Part shown: positions 8,030 through 17,864 of the stretch, piece after piece
How positions within the stretch are numbered: the stretch's first letter is position 1
Layout: each line of letters begins with the position of its first letter
Sequence record: SRR20825006_3010
Length of the DNA: 36,440 nt
Direction: 5' to 3' (one strand)
Notes under the pieces: model-generated
Database searches by the model: none
Told to the model about the DNA's origin: nothing
What the model saw: the letters and a program-made list of their open reading frames with translations, nothing else
Program-made: the position numbers and the translations under genes

Positions 8030-9081
8030 GCTTCTTCTTTTGGGTCAGCAATCGCATCCAACATCCACGCTTGCATCTCCTCTTCTGTCATGCCTTCAAG
8101 CATCGTGCCCTTCGAGAGTGTAAAGAGCATCCCCTTGAACTCCACTCGAACCCTCTCGAACTCCTCTTCCAACTGCTCGCTCACGATCTGCAAGGCCCCT
8201 TTGCGTCCCTCGTCATCCAATGAGTCCCAATCTCTTCGTACCTCTGCCAGCGCATCTGTTACCAGTGAGGTAATTTCTTTCGCGCGTCGGAACATCAGGA
8301 AGATAGATGCTGCTGCGTGGGACATCACGGCTTCACTGAGCTTCTCCACTCTTTCGACATGCGCCAGCCGGGTGTCCCTACTCTCGCTTTGGCGTCTCAG
8401 GTCTTCGATCTCGCCATTCCACTTCTTGATCAGATCTTGCATCGCCCACCTGAACACGATGGTGGTCGCTAGAAAAGAGAGGAAGCTGCCCAATATCGTT
8501 CCCCAGAAGACGTGCAGCCAGTTGATGGGAGGCGACTCGACCTCCACCACCCCTGCATCTTTCTGTCCGGTCACTCGGATGCGCTCAGTCGCCACACTCT
8601 CCACAGACGCATCAGACCATACTGTGAGGTACACTTGGTCTTGTGCACGGATAGGCTCGAACTGGATGCCTTCTGCTGAAACATCAACAACCTCGATGTC
8701 CTTCTTCCGAGGGTACTTGATGTGTGCCATCCCCTCGAAAGGGAATTGGAGACCAACCCCTTTCAGCTCCTCTCCCTTGGCATACGTGACTGTAACCTCC
8801 CACACAGACTTGTAGGCCGAAGAAGGATCTGAGGACTTGTGAGGTGCGCCACGCACAACAGCCTCAACCGTCTCAGGCGCCTTTAGGGCTTCGTTGACCT
8901 GACTCCCAATTACGCCGAAGATGGCAGCGAAGACCGCACCACAGAACGTGATAATGATCCCAGCCTCGACTTTGTTGTCAGAGGCCCACAAGAAAAAACG
9001 CTCGACCGCACCCTTCTTCTTGGACTTGCTCTCCTGGGGTGGTTGAGGTGCCTTCACGACTTCAGTCTCTTCATCCGACAT
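8026..9081 (-). CDS. Moron membrane protein (2 TM segments, extracytoplasmic beta domain, C-terminal coiled coil)
   Basis: Hydrophobic stretches GIIITFCGAVFAAIFGVIG and VFWGTILGSFLSFLATTIVF; opposite orientation to flanking phage genes; GGAGG RBS. Confidence 0.75.
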   Translation of the reverse strand: MSDEETEVVKAPQPPQESKSKKKGAVERFFLWASDNKVEAGIIITFCGAVFAAIFGVIGSQVNEALKAPETVEAVVRGAPHKSSDPSSAYKSVWEVTVTYAKGEELKGVGLQFPFEGMAHIKYPRKKDIEVVDVSAEGIQFEPIRAQDQVYLTVWSDASVESVATERIRVTGQKDAGVVEVESPPINWLHVFWGTILGSFLSFLATTIVFRWAMQDLIKKWNGEIEDLRRQSESRDTRLAHVERVEKLSEAVMSHAAASIFLMFRRAKEITSLVTDALAEVRRDWDSLDDEGRKGALQIVSEQLEEEFERVRVEFKGMLFTLSKGTMLEGMTEEEMQAWMLDAIADPKEEA

Positions 9082-9808
9082 CGGTCACCTCCTCGCCCCA
9101 AAGGTTCTCCGGCACCTTTGCAGGGTCGATGAACAAGTCTTCTAGCTCCGTAGGACCGAAGCATGTTTCCACGAACTCATACTCGTCCTCAAAGTTCACA
9201 GGTGGCCCGTTCATCGCTTCAGAAAGGTGCCTCAAGTACGCGGTTCTCCCCACCTCCTTGAGGTTAGACACACAAGACACATCCTCCTTGACTGCCTTCA
9301 TGTATTTAAGCTCAAGATGGATATGGAATGCCCACCTTTGGTTATAGCAGTTTGCGATACCATGCTCCTGCAACACACGCGCATACAACGCTCCCGCGCT
9401 GTGGCTGGATACCTGAACCGACCCCCTTTGTTGTACGAGGTACAGGATTGCAGCTTTCAACTCAGGCTCTAGCATCACCAGCTTGTCATACACCTTCTTC
9501 TTGGCCGCCTCTTCAGCCTTCTTCTTTCCTCGGGCGTCCCACTTCGCACTCCCCCAAGACATGAGCATGATTGCCACCAAGATCACGCAGCCGAGAAATA
9601 TCCACTCGACCACCTCCTGATTCTCACTGGCTCGCTTGAATGCCTTGTACTTGTCTGCCAGCTCAGGACGGGCTTGCATCCCCCAAAGCAATGCTCCAGC
9701 CACCACCGTCGAGACGATCACCACTCGCTTGAATTGCTGCGCAACCTTCGAGTTTTCAGCCAGCTCCACCAGCGTCTTCAAAGCCCCCGCAATCTTGGCC
9801 GCGTCCAT
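9071..9808 (-). CDS. SieB-like (superinfection exclusion B) membrane protein
   Basis: Two N-terminal TM helices, a Lys-rich linker, then KLVMLEPELKAAILYL...ARVLQEHGIA, resembling the SieB winged-helix pattern. GGAGG RBS before ATG 9808. Confidence 0.55.
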   Translation of the reverse strand: MDAAKIAGALKTLVELAENSKVAQQFKRVVIVSTVVAGALLWGMQARPELADKYKAFKRASENQEVVEWIFLGCVILVAIMLMSWGSAKWDARGKKKAEEAAKKKVYDKLVMLEPELKAAILYLVQQRGSVQVSSHSAGALYARVLQEHGIANCYNQRWAFHIHLELKYMKAVKEDVSCVSNLKEVGRTAYLRHLSEAMNGPPVNFEDEYEFVETCFGPTELEDLFIDPAKVPENLWGEEVTDVG

Positions 9809-9966
9809 CTGCACCTCCATATCTTCTTGATGCTCTCCCTCTCTCCAGATCCAACACACCCTACCTGCCCCGTCAAGACCCAAACCTGATCGCCATACGA
9901 TCACGGTTTTCTCTCTATATCCCACACCTTGTGAGCACTCGTATGACCACCTCACAAGGCCACCTC

Positions 9967-10500
9967 ATGTCTTCGGACGAACACAACCAAGATCACGCTC
10001 CTCACCCATGGGACCGGCGCGAAGACGAGACCGACAAGAGCTGGCATGCCTTCACGCTCTACCGGGACATGTCGCCTCATGAGCGCAGCCTCTTCGCGGT
10101 GTCTGAGGTCTTGTACGGGAACGGGGATGAGGACGGCGAAACCGGAAAGGAACCGGGTAAAAACCGGGTAAGAACGCCGCCCTCTTGGGTCTCCGAGTGG
10201 TCATCGAAGTACGCCTGGGTCGAGCGCGCTCGTGCCCATGATGATCACATCGCGGAACAAACTCGCCGCCTCAAGGTGGCCGCCCGCGTTCGAGCAGAGC
10301 GCGTGATCTGGGATGCTCTCGAAGGGTTGGCTTCCAAGGCCGTCGAGAAGGCATTGGCCGGAGACACCACGCTACTCCGTGATCTCCTCGACCGAGGTGA
10401 GGTTGGGTCTCCGACGCGTGTCGCGCACAGCATCAACTCAGGAGACGACGCACGCGCCTTGTTCGGCCTCTCCCCTCTCAAGGATGGGGAAGACGAATGA
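9967..10500 (+). CDS. terS: Terminase small subunit (putative)
   Basis: PWDRREDETDKSWHAFTLYRDM...WSSKYAWVERARAHD pattern typical of a TerS group; stop overlaps the TerL start. Alternative start at 9943. Confidence 0.75.
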   Translation: MSSDEHNQDHAPHPWDRREDETDKSWHAFTLYRDMSPHERSLFAVSEVLYGNGDEDGETGKEPGKNRVRTPPSWVSEWSSKYAWVERARAHDDHIAEQTRRLKVAARVRAERVIWDALEGLASKAVEKALAGDTTLLRDLLDRGEVGSPTRVAHSINSGDDARALFGLSPLKDGEDE

Positions 10501-11846
10501 CGGGCATCCTCGATGATCTCCTGCTCCCTTATCAGAAGGCATGGCTCGATGACCGCTCCAAGAGGCGCATCTGGCTCAAGGGAAGACAGCAAGGCGCGAC
10601 ATGGGCAGGAATCGCCCTCGATGCCCTTCTGGACGCGCTCGACTTCCCCCACGATGTCTATGTCCTTTCGTACCGCCTCGACTCCGCAAAAGAGGTGCTC
10701 CAGGACGTGGCGTGGTGGGCGACCCGCCTGGAGGCATTAGGCGTTCACATCGGCGCAGAAATCACTGCAACGAAGATCACGATCGGCAATGGTTCGCGCA
10801 TCATTGCCATGCCTGCAAAAGCCGAGAGCGTGAGGGGACGTAGGGGCAGCGTTTACATTGATGAGGCTGCCATCATCCCGCGCGCTTTCGACCTGTGGCA
10901 AGCGGTGTATCCGGTTCTGAGCAGTGATGCCCGTTACCGGATCTCGATGGTCTCGACCCCCATGATGGCATCGGGACTCTTCTATGACGTGTGGGAACAG
11001 GGAGAGGGCTGGAGCCGTCACCGTGTCACTCTTCATGAGGCGGTCGCACAGGGCCTTGATAGGGATGTTGACGACTTGCTCTCTCAATCGAGGCACCCCG
11101 AGCAGGAGTATTTGTGTCTGTTCGGAACGGGCGGCACGTATCTCTCGCTTGACCGTCTCCTCTCCCTCCAGCTCGAAGACAACACCTCTCCCCTCCCCCC
11201 ACACGCCCTTTATCTCGGTGTGGACCTGGGCAAAGTCTCGGACTTCACCGCCATCGTGCTTCTACGTGTCTTCGATGACGCCTCCCGACCCCCCGAGGTC
11301 ATCGAGACCCGTCTGGTCAAAGCATTGGACTATCACGAACAGAGACGCCTCCTAACCGACCTGATCACCGCCCTCGACCCAAGGCGCGTCCTTCTGGATA
11401 GCACTGCACATGCCCCTCTGGTCGATGAAGTCAGGGCCGCGTTGCCCCAGGACATGCGGTCAAGGGTGTCCGGTCATCACGCGACGCACGGGTGGAAGAA
11501 GTCTTCGGTCGAGGGGCTTCGAGATCGCATTGAATCGAAAGAAAGTGCCAACTCGATTCGGTTTTCTTTCGATAAAACCCATGTGTGGGACGCCAGTGCA
11601 AGGCGGTGGTGCGACCACGGTTCGCGCGTGCTTCTGGATGATTTGGCGAGGGTCGAGCAAGTCCAGACCCCGAGTGGAAAGATCACCTATGAGGTGAAGC
11701 GCAAGGCTGGCAAGGGTCACGGAGACGCCTTCAGTGCCCTCCTGCTCGCCCTGGAAGCGGCTTCCCGCCCCGTGGGCAGTCACCCTTTCAAGGCAAAACG
11801 GAAGGACAACACACGAAGATCAAGGCGTCCTAGCCTGACTTTTTGA
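10497..11846 (+). CDS. terL: Terminase large subunit, Mu gp28-like
   Basis: LLPYQKAW Q-motif; KGRQQGATW variant Walker A; VYIDEAA Walker B; STP coupling motif; nuclease LGVDLG...DFT and HGDAFSAL. Confidence 0.93.
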   Translation: MTGILDDLLLPYQKAWLDDRSKRRIWLKGRQQGATWAGIALDALLDALDFPHDVYVLSYRLDSAKEVLQDVAWWATRLEALGVHIGAEITATKITIGNGSRIIAMPAKAESVRGRRGSVYIDEAAIIPRAFDLWQAVYPVLSSDARYRISMVSTPMMASGLFYDVWEQGEGWSRHRVTLHEAVAQGLDRDVDDLLSQSRHPEQEYLCLFGTGGTYLSLDRLLSLQLEDNTSPLPPHALYLGVDLGKVSDFTAIVLLRVFDDASRPPEVIETRLVKALDYHEQRRLLTDLITALDPRRVLLDSTAHAPLVDEVRAALPQDMRSRVSGHHATHGWKKSSVEGLRDRIESKESANSIRFSFDKTHVWDASARRWCDHGSRVLLDDLARVEQVQTPSGKITYEVKRKAGKGHGDAFSALLLALEAASRPVGSHPFKAKRKDNTRRSRRPSLTF

Positions 11847-11858
11847 TGAGAGAGAACG

Positions 11859-13310
11859 ATGCTCAATGACATGATCACATACGCGGAAGCGTGGGCCTCA
11901 GATGCCATCGACATCGCGCCGACATACGAGCGTGACAGCCTCGTGATCGTCCCTCGTGAGGTGTCTCTCTCAGACGAACAGGATGGCCCTCTCCGCTTGG
12001 AGGAATCGGGTTGGGACGGCACGTACTACATCAGGGGACGGCGCCACGCCAGCAACGACCACCCCGAATTTGACCGGCCCATCATCGCCAGAGGTCTCGG
12101 GAGTGATCTCGGTGTCCTCGAAGAGCTTTACAAGACCTCACCCCAGTACCGTCGCGCCGTCCTCACAATCGCTCAAGGCGTCGAGACGGCCATCTGGGGG
12201 GTGTCTGCATGTAAGACGTGCCCCGACAACCTTACTCCATTCCATGAGGTCCAGCGCGCTTTTGTCGAGTCCACATACAACAGCCTGGAGGGAGGCTTTA
12301 GAGCCTTTCTTCACGAGGCGGTCCGAGGTCTCTTGGTCGCCGGATTCGCGGTCTTCCAGCGCGTGGACCGGGAGGATGGGAGCGTCCGCAAACTCGCCTA
12401 CCGTCGAAGCAACACCATCTCCCGATGGATTCTGAACGAGCGCGAGACCGATTTGATTGCGGTCGAATTTCGAGACATGCATGGGGGGTATTACATCGTC
12501 CCATCCGAGCACCTTCTCATCATCAGCTTTGATGCTGTCGGGCTGGATTTCGAGGGCTTGAGTCCCCTCCGAACCGCCGCGCCTTATATCCGCGCAAAGC
12601 AACTTTTGCTTCAGCTCCAGATGTCAGCCCAGGAGAAGTACGCCAGCCCCATCATCTGGATCGAAGACGAGCAAGGCGACACCTCAGACGCGGAACGTTT
12701 CGTCAATATTTTCGACAGCATGTCTGCAACCGACTTCGCATGTATCACGGGGCGCAAAGGGCAAAAAGCTACCATCCTTCACCCAAGCTCTTCGATGCCC
12801 GATTACGAGCCTAAGCTGCGCTACCTCGATGAGCAGATACTTTTACCTCTTTCGAGTGAAGGTGCCCTCATCGGCACACAAGACCACGGAAGCTATGCGC
12901 TTTCTGAGGTGAAAGATTCCCAACACATGCGGGTCGCGATTTACATCGCGCAAATCATTCAGGATGCCCTGCACGGGGCCAACAACACGCCTTACACGGG
13001 CGTCACAAAAGCCATCATTGACCACGCTTTTGGCGGACCAATTCACCCCGGAGCATATCCGCAGATGTCCTTCTCCTTGGGCGAGGAAGAAGTCCCTCTC
13101 TCCGACATCCTGAGCGCCGCACAAGCCGGTCTCATCGAGGTCACACCCGAGGTCCAGGCACACGTCATGGAGAGGCTCAAGCTCCCTGTATCGACCTCGA
13201 CAGCATCCCCTGAGATGCGTCGTGAAGGCTCGAATGATGACCGAGAGGAAGCATCGAATGATGATGCAGAAGACATCGAACAAGATAGCATGAGTGAGGC
13301 CACGGCATGA
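11859..13310 (+). CDS. Portal protein (Mu gp29/DUF935-like)
   Basis: 483 aa directly after TerL; motifs GFAVFQ, EGLSPLR, EKYASP and GSYALSEV resemble Mu-type portals. Confidence 0.85.
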   Translation: MLNDMITYAEAWASDAIDIAPTYERDSLVIVPREVSLSDEQDGPLRLEESGWDGTYYIRGRRHASNDHPEFDRPIIARGLGSDLGVLEELYKTSPQYRRAVLTIAQGVETAIWGVSACKTCPDNLTPFHEVQRAFVESTYNSLEGGFRAFLHEAVRGLLVAGFAVFQRVDREDGSVRKLAYRRSNTISRWILNERETDLIAVEFRDMHGGYYIVPSEHLLIISFDAVGLDFEGLSPLRTAAPYIRAKQLLLQLQMSAQEKYASPIIWIEDEQGDTSDAERFVNIFDSMSATDFACITGRKGQKATILHPSSSMPDYEPKLRYLDEQILLPLSSEGALIGTQDHGSYALSEVKDSQHMRVAIYIAQIIQDALHGANNTPYTGVTKAIIDHAFGGPIHPGAYPQMSFSLGEEEVPLSDILSAAQAGLIEVTPEVQAHVMERLKLPVSTSTASPEMRREGSNDDREEASNDDAEDIEQDSMSEATA

Positions 13311-14389
13311 CAGTGAACACGACACAACCCATCCCCTCGCGCCTCACCCTCTCCTCGCCTCTTGAGAGCAGGATGAGCGGTGGTCCCGATTCGAGGACAT
13401 CTTGGGTCCTCGCACTCCCTGAAGGTGATCTCGTCTATCGCGGTGAACCCGTCCAGATCACGCCCGACTATCTCCGCTTGGTCGCATCCGAGACCCGTAA
13501 AGCGATCTATGCATGGGCTGACCGCGCGCAAGCAGCGGGCACGACGCCCTTCCGCCCTCCCGTCATCCGCGAGCATGCATGGGCTGGCGAGAGGTACGGT
13601 GACGTGCTCGACGCCAAGGTAGCAAGCGGGCCATCGGGGGGTGACGCCCTTTGGGTGAAGGTGGCGTGGAGCGAGACGACCTGGGACCAAATCGAGGCCG
13701 GTGCGGTCGCACATGTGAGTGTCCGTGTGGATGGAACTTTTCAAGATGACGCGGGTGAAGTGTACGGACCTCTTGTGAGGGAGTTGTCACTCACCGCATC
13801 GCCAGCCTTGAAAGCCATTGGGACCATCCAAGACCACATTTCCATCCAACTTTCAGACTGCACTTATAACCTCACACTTACAGACCTTTCCTTTGCACCT
13901 ACAGGAGAACCACCCATGGAAGAATTGCTACAACAGATCGCAAGCATGCTCACTGATATGACCGCGCGTCTCGACTCCATCGAGGGTCACCTTATGCCGC
14001 CCGAGGAGCCTGAAGAGGCACCTGAAGACGGTGAGGAAGAGGCGCCCGAAGATGTTGAGATGTCCGAAGGTGAAGAGAACGAGGACATGAGCCTCTCCGA
14101 CGCCGATGACGCTCCTCAAGAGGACACGTCCGAACCCGCCCCCAAGGCGCCCGCGCAGAACCCCGATCTCTTCGGTGACCTGCTCGACGTCATGCGCGAC
14201 ATCCGCGACCGACTCCAGACACCCGCGCCCACGTCCGCGCCCGCTCGCCTCAACCTCTCGGAGCATGGCAGCAGTGGCCGTCCTCCTGCACCTCGACCTC
14301 GTACAGAGTCGGAGTGGATGCGAGCAGGACGCGAGCGCGGATTGAGCGGACAGAGCCTCGTGGAGTTCGTCCTCGCGAACAAGAGCTGA
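13307..14389 (+). CDS. Prohead protease/scaffold (Mu gpI-like)
   Basis: LWVKVAWS...HVS...LSLTASPALK protease pattern followed by an acidic, disordered scaffold region. Confidence 0.8.
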   Translation: MTVNTTQPIPSRLTLSSPLESRMSGGPDSRTSWVLALPEGDLVYRGEPVQITPDYLRLVASETRKAIYAWADRAQAAGTTPFRPPVIREHAWAGERYGDVLDAKVASGPSGGDALWVKVAWSETTWDQIEAGAVAHVSVRVDGTFQDDAGEVYGPLVRELSLTASPALKAIGTIQDHISIQLSDCTYNLTLTDLSFAPTGEPPMEELLQQIASMLTDMTARLDSIEGHLMPPEEPEEAPEDGEEEAPEDVEMSEGEENEDMSLSDADDAPQEDTSEPAPKAPAQNPDLFGDLLDVMRDIRDRLQTPAPTSAPARLNLSEHGSSGRPPAPRPRTESEWMRAGRERGLSGQSLVEFVLANKS

Positions 14390-14487
14390 CGCCCCTTTTT
14401 TGAGCAACCACACGTTCACCGATCGGTCTAACCCTTCGGTCAAAACATAACTCAAGCGGTCGATTGACCGCTTATTCGCACAACTTC

Positions 14488-14503
14488 CGGTGATCTTTCG
14501 ATA
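14488..14503 (+). promoter_or_regulatory. Late-gene motif copy 1, CGGTGATCTTTCGATA
   Basis: Exact 16-mer also at 17753 and 28227; all three are intergenic and upstream of structural genes. Confidence 0.7.
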
Positions 14504-14551
14504 TATCCATCCATTGGAGACCCGAGAAGAACACCTCAAAGGAGAACTCAT

Positions 14552-14923
14552 ATGTCTAACTACATTTCGAGCACCTACACCGCTGGGGCGACTATCGAAA
14601 AAGGGCGAGCTGTAAAGCTCTCTGGCTCGACCATCGTCCACTGCGCAGCAAACGATGATACGTGCATCGGAATCGCCTTGCACAGTGGCGAGAGCGGGGA
14701 CCCCATCGCCGTATGCATCGAGGGGGCGTGTGATGCCCGCGTCGGCGCAGCAGTGACCAAGAATGGTGACCTCATGGCCGACGCAAACGGGCGTCTTGTC
14801 AATGCCACAAGCGGTGCTGGCGAGATCGCCATCTGCCAAGCTCTCGAAGTCGGCGCGGCTGCTTCTGGGTCCGATTACGCCCTTGCCCGCGTGGTCGTGT
14901 ACGCGCGTAAGACGGCTGCATAA
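14552..14923 (+). CDS. Capsid decoration/cement protein (DUF2190-like)
   Basis: 123 aa, Ala/Gly-rich, TAGATIEKGRAV...IGIA...GAAVTKNGDLMADANG; directly before the major capsid gene; AAGGAG RBS. Confidence 0.8.
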   Translation: MSNYISSTYTAGATIEKGRAVKLSGSTIVHCAANDDTCIGIALHSGESGDPIAVCIEGACDARVGAAVTKNGDLMADANGRLVNATSGAGEIAICQALEVGAAASGSDYALARVVVYARKTAA

Positions 14924-15032
14924 GCGCCTGCATAAGCGACCGTCTGACAGCATAGCAACGAACACATAAGACAACCAACAAAGATCACGCCCTCTGCTGT
15001 ATGCAATCGAGGGCATATAAAGGAGGCCACTC

Positions 15033-15947
15033 ATGGCTGGATTTGATGTAGGATCGCTCACCCCCGGCTTGCTTCGCGAGTATCTCGAAGACAAGAAAGT
15101 CGAGATGGCGCAACTGAACGTATGGCAGCAGTTCTGTGACGTGCGCAATGTGTTGGATAGAGAAGGAAAGATCCTTCTCTTCAACACCGCGCTTCGCATG
15201 CCAAACAATGGACATAGGACATCGAAGGTTTCCCCTCTCGACAACACACCTTTGTCCAGCGCATCGGCGGGGTCCAGGGAGTATCTGTGTGATGATTTCC
15301 GAAACGGTTTGCCCATCACACGCGCAGAGGAAAAGCAGATCGCGACTGCTGGAGGAATGGAAGATCTCATCCTTCAACCTGTTGAAATCGTGCTCGGGGA
15401 CTACAACAAAGATGTGGCCGCGTGCCTTCGTGCAGAAGGCACGGCAGGTACCTTCGATGACGTCACCGAAAAAGCCGTCAGTAACGTTTGGAGTGACACT
15501 ACAAATGGCACGCCGCTTGACGACATTGACAGCGTGATTGACATCCTGGGGTCCGGCGTGGATGCCATCCTGGGTGCAAAGGTGGCGCGCACCCTTGGCC
15601 GTCACCCCGATGTCACGGGTAGCGCAGCGGGCAGCGGTCGCGAGTACGTTAACTTCGATATGGTCCGAAACTTCTTGCGTGATCGTGGATGCAGCCGCGT
15701 CTTCATCATCGACGCACAGATGCAAGATGGCGAGCCAGATGCGACCCGCTCTTATGCAGACCTGTATGAGAACGTGTTTGCACTTAGCATCCCCGGCAAC
15801 CTGGTCGCGCCCGTCTTCATCCCGCTTGAACAAAGCATCGAAGACGATCGCCTGAACAAGCGCAAGAGCTACGTTGCACACTTCTCGGGTGACATCATCA
15901 CGGGGCGTGCAGAACACACCTACGGTTTCACGGGAATCCTCTCGTGA
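15033..15947 (+). CDS. Major capsid protein (putative)
   Basis: 304 aa, strong AAGGAGG RBS, canonical position, WSDTTNGTPLDDI motif as in HK97-fold/lambda-E-like capsids; followed by a terminator. Confidence 0.8.
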   Translation: MAGFDVGSLTPGLLREYLEDKKVEMAQLNVWQQFCDVRNVLDREGKILLFNTALRMPNNGHRTSKVSPLDNTPLSSASAGSREYLCDDFRNGLPITRAEEKQIATAGGMEDLILQPVEIVLGDYNKDVAACLRAEGTAGTFDDVTEKAVSNVWSDTTNGTPLDDIDSVIDILGSGVDAILGAKVARTLGRHPDVTGSAAGSGREYVNFDMVRNFLRDRGCSRVFIIDAQMQDGEPDATRSYADLYENVFALSIPGNLVAPVFIPLEQSIEDDRLNKRKSYVAHFSGDIITGRAEHTYGFTGILS

Positions 15948-16020
15948 TAAAGATCGGCTCGACGCCAAGGGGTTGGGTCGAGTCGATAGGGCATATTCGG
16001 TGCCCCCATGTTCGCACATT

Positions 16021-16054
16021 AGCCCTCTCTCAAGACAAACGAGGGAGGGCTTTT
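16021..16054 (+). terminator. Terminator after the major capsid gene
   Basis: AGCCCTCTCTC...GAGGGAGGGCT followed by TTTGTGTTT. Confidence 0.6.
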
Positions 16055-16095
16055 GTGTTTGATCATTATGCGACCTCTTATGTGGAGATGACACC

Positions 16096-16455
16096 ATGCC
16101 AAGATACAAACTCAGACCCAAGAACAGGTTGCTTTACGAGGGGTCGCTTTACGGCGCGGGCATCGTGTCCTTGGTCGTGCTCGACTCTTGGGAGGCAGAG
16201 CGGCTCAGAGCGCTTGGTCATGAGTGTGACCCCGCAAGTGCACCCAAGGAAGAGGTCGATGCGCCACCTTCCATCGAGGTGATTGCGAAGGTCACACTCA
16301 TCGAAAACGCTTTGCAAGGCTCCTATAACGCTCGCCTCTCTCTTGCCAGTGATCTCGACCTCCTGGACGGACTCCCCGACCGGAAGAACGAGACGATCAC
16401 AGCAGCACTCAAGGACGCTCTCACCCGCCTTGAAAGCTACGGAGAAGGACGATGA
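16096..16455 (+). CDS. Hypothetical head-region protein
   Basis: 119 aa, GGAG RBS, coupled to the next gene. Confidence 0.7.
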   Translation: MPRYKLRPKNRLLYEGSLYGAGIVSLVVLDSWEAERLRALGHECDPASAPKEEVDAPPSIEVIAKVTLIENALQGSYNARLSLASDLDLLDGLPDRKNETITAALKDALTRLESYGEGR

Positions 16456-16919
16456 CAATCGAGACTCATGGGGTAGTAGCAGAGCGTGAAGGGACCACTC
16501 TAAGCGCCGGACAGGTAAACGTGCTCGACGGCTATCCAGCGTCGGATGCGACCCGAATCACAGAGACCAGCGTCGGTGTCTCACTCCCGCAACTTCGCAT
16601 CCTCATCGACCGCGTGGCAGGGAAGTTCAATGCCATCTTGACCGGGAGAGGGCTCGACCCCGAGACGCTCTCCGAGGACACCACGGCCACCATTCAAGCG
16701 GGTATCACCGCCTATGTGATCAGCCGTACACTCATTCGTCTCGGGAGATTCGAGCAAGCCGACCGCTACACATCCGAATATGAGGACGTGCTCGCGACAC
16801 TGAGGGAGATGACCAGCGACCTGGGCACTGACCAAAGCTCAAGTGCGACCATCAAGACCAACGTCAGCCTCACCTCACCCACCGCTCGCGCGTGGGGCAA
16901 TGATTTCGATGGCTGGTGA
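16452..16919 (+). CDS. Head-tail adaptor (Mu gp36-like, putative)
   Basis: 155-aa helical protein in the neck position. Confidence 0.6.
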   Translation: MTIETHGVVAEREGTTLSAGQVNVLDGYPASDATRITETSVGVSLPQLRILIDRVAGKFNAILTGRGLDPETLSEDTTATIQAGITAYVISRTLIRLGRFEQADRYTSEYEDVLATLREMTSDLGTDQSSSATIKTNVSLTSPTARAWGNDFDGW

Positions 16920-16942
16920 ACCCTTAACCGACGGAGATCACA

Positions 16943-17164
16943 ATGAAAGTCAAGATCAAGAGACCCTGCAAACTTTACCTCACCCCCGACCAAGAGGCCC
17001 CTCATGTCCTCGGTGATGTCATCGAGGTCGAGTCCCTGGAGGGTATCCGGGGGCTTGTCGAGGTGCTCGAAGAGGAGAAGCCCGCACGCAAGAAGACGCG
17101 CAAGAAGAAGGCAGACCCTCTTGACGGTGATGCGTCAAACGATGACGCGGAAGAGGACGCTTAA
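16943..17164 (+). CDS. Small hypothetical virion-region protein
   Basis: 73 aa, GGAG RBS, basic/acidic tail. Confidence 0.65.
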   Translation: MKVKIKRPCKLYLTPDQEAPHVLGDVIEVESLEGIRGLVEVLEEEKPARKKTRKKKADPLDGDASNDDAEEDA

Positions 17165-17701
17165 ATGCCCGGTTTCTCAGTAAAATCAGGGCAGGGATTC
17201 CGGGGTCTGGAGACTGAGGTAAGGCTTCTCCAAAAGGTCGTGCGCGACCCGAGGCCAACCCTCAACGCGGTCGTGTACCCCTACATGCGGTCCCACGTCG
17301 AGGCCATGTTCAAGACATCGGGAAGTCATGCCGGGCAAAGGTGGGATTTCAGTGGCGAACCTCTCTACGCAAGGCGGAAAGCCTCTCTTCTCGGGTCACG
17401 TCTCGGGTTGATGCCCCTCTTGTGGGACCCGAAGGATGCCCTTCTCCTGCCCAGCCTCATCAACCCGCGCGCGGCCTATTCGATTTTCCGCCTCGAACCC
17501 AAAAGGCTCGTGATCGGTTCCAGTCTCCCTTACGCGGAAGCACTGCTGACCACGGGCGGAACGGGGCCTTTTGGCGAGAGCTTCCCCGCGAGAAACCCGT
17601 TTTTCCTCACCCCCGCACAGCAACAAGAGCTGGGAGACGAAATTGAATACGACCTCTCCCTGAGACTCAAAAGTTATTGGAAGACACCGACTCTCCTTTA
17701 A
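17165..17701 (+). CDS. Virion morphogenesis protein (Mu gpG-like)
   Basis: F...G..W...Y.RRK...L..SL...IGSSLPYA...PARNPF pattern. Confidence 0.7.
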   Translation: MPGFSVKSGQGFRGLETEVRLLQKVVRDPRPTLNAVVYPYMRSHVEAMFKTSGSHAGQRWDFSGEPLYARRKASLLGSRLGLMPLLWDPKDALLLPSLINPRAAYSIFRLEPKRLVIGSSLPYAEALLTTGGTGPFGESFPARNPFFLTPAQQQELGDEIEYDLSLRLKSYWKTPTLL

Positions 17702-17752
17702 CTTCCAACACATCCCCCTCCCCTCCTATCCCAACAAATCGACACACCACCT

Positions 17753-17768
17753 CGGTGATCTTTCGATA
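17753..17768 (+). promoter_or_regulatory. Late-gene motif copy 2
   Basis: CGGTGATCTTTCGATA in the gap before the tail genes. Confidence 0.7.
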
Positions 17769-17864
17769 TTCACACCCTTGTAGAGAACAACCCGAGCACC
17801 CCTACCCCGCGCCACACCACGGCCCCGGGGACGCTAGGAGTGCGCTTCACTACAAGGCCCGCTC

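Noticed and set aside
10578-10604. Terminase inactivated by loss of the Walker A lysine (GATW instead of GKT)
   Set aside because: Mu gp28-type terminases normally carry this variant motif, and the other motifs are intact.
14916-14938. Tandem CTGCATAAGCG duplication at the decoration gene stop
   Set aside because: Only two copies; likely a slippage or recombination scar, not an array.
13928-15370. 480-aa minus-strand ORF
   Set aside because: Antisense shadow across scaffold, decoration and capsid genes; no protein-like motifs.
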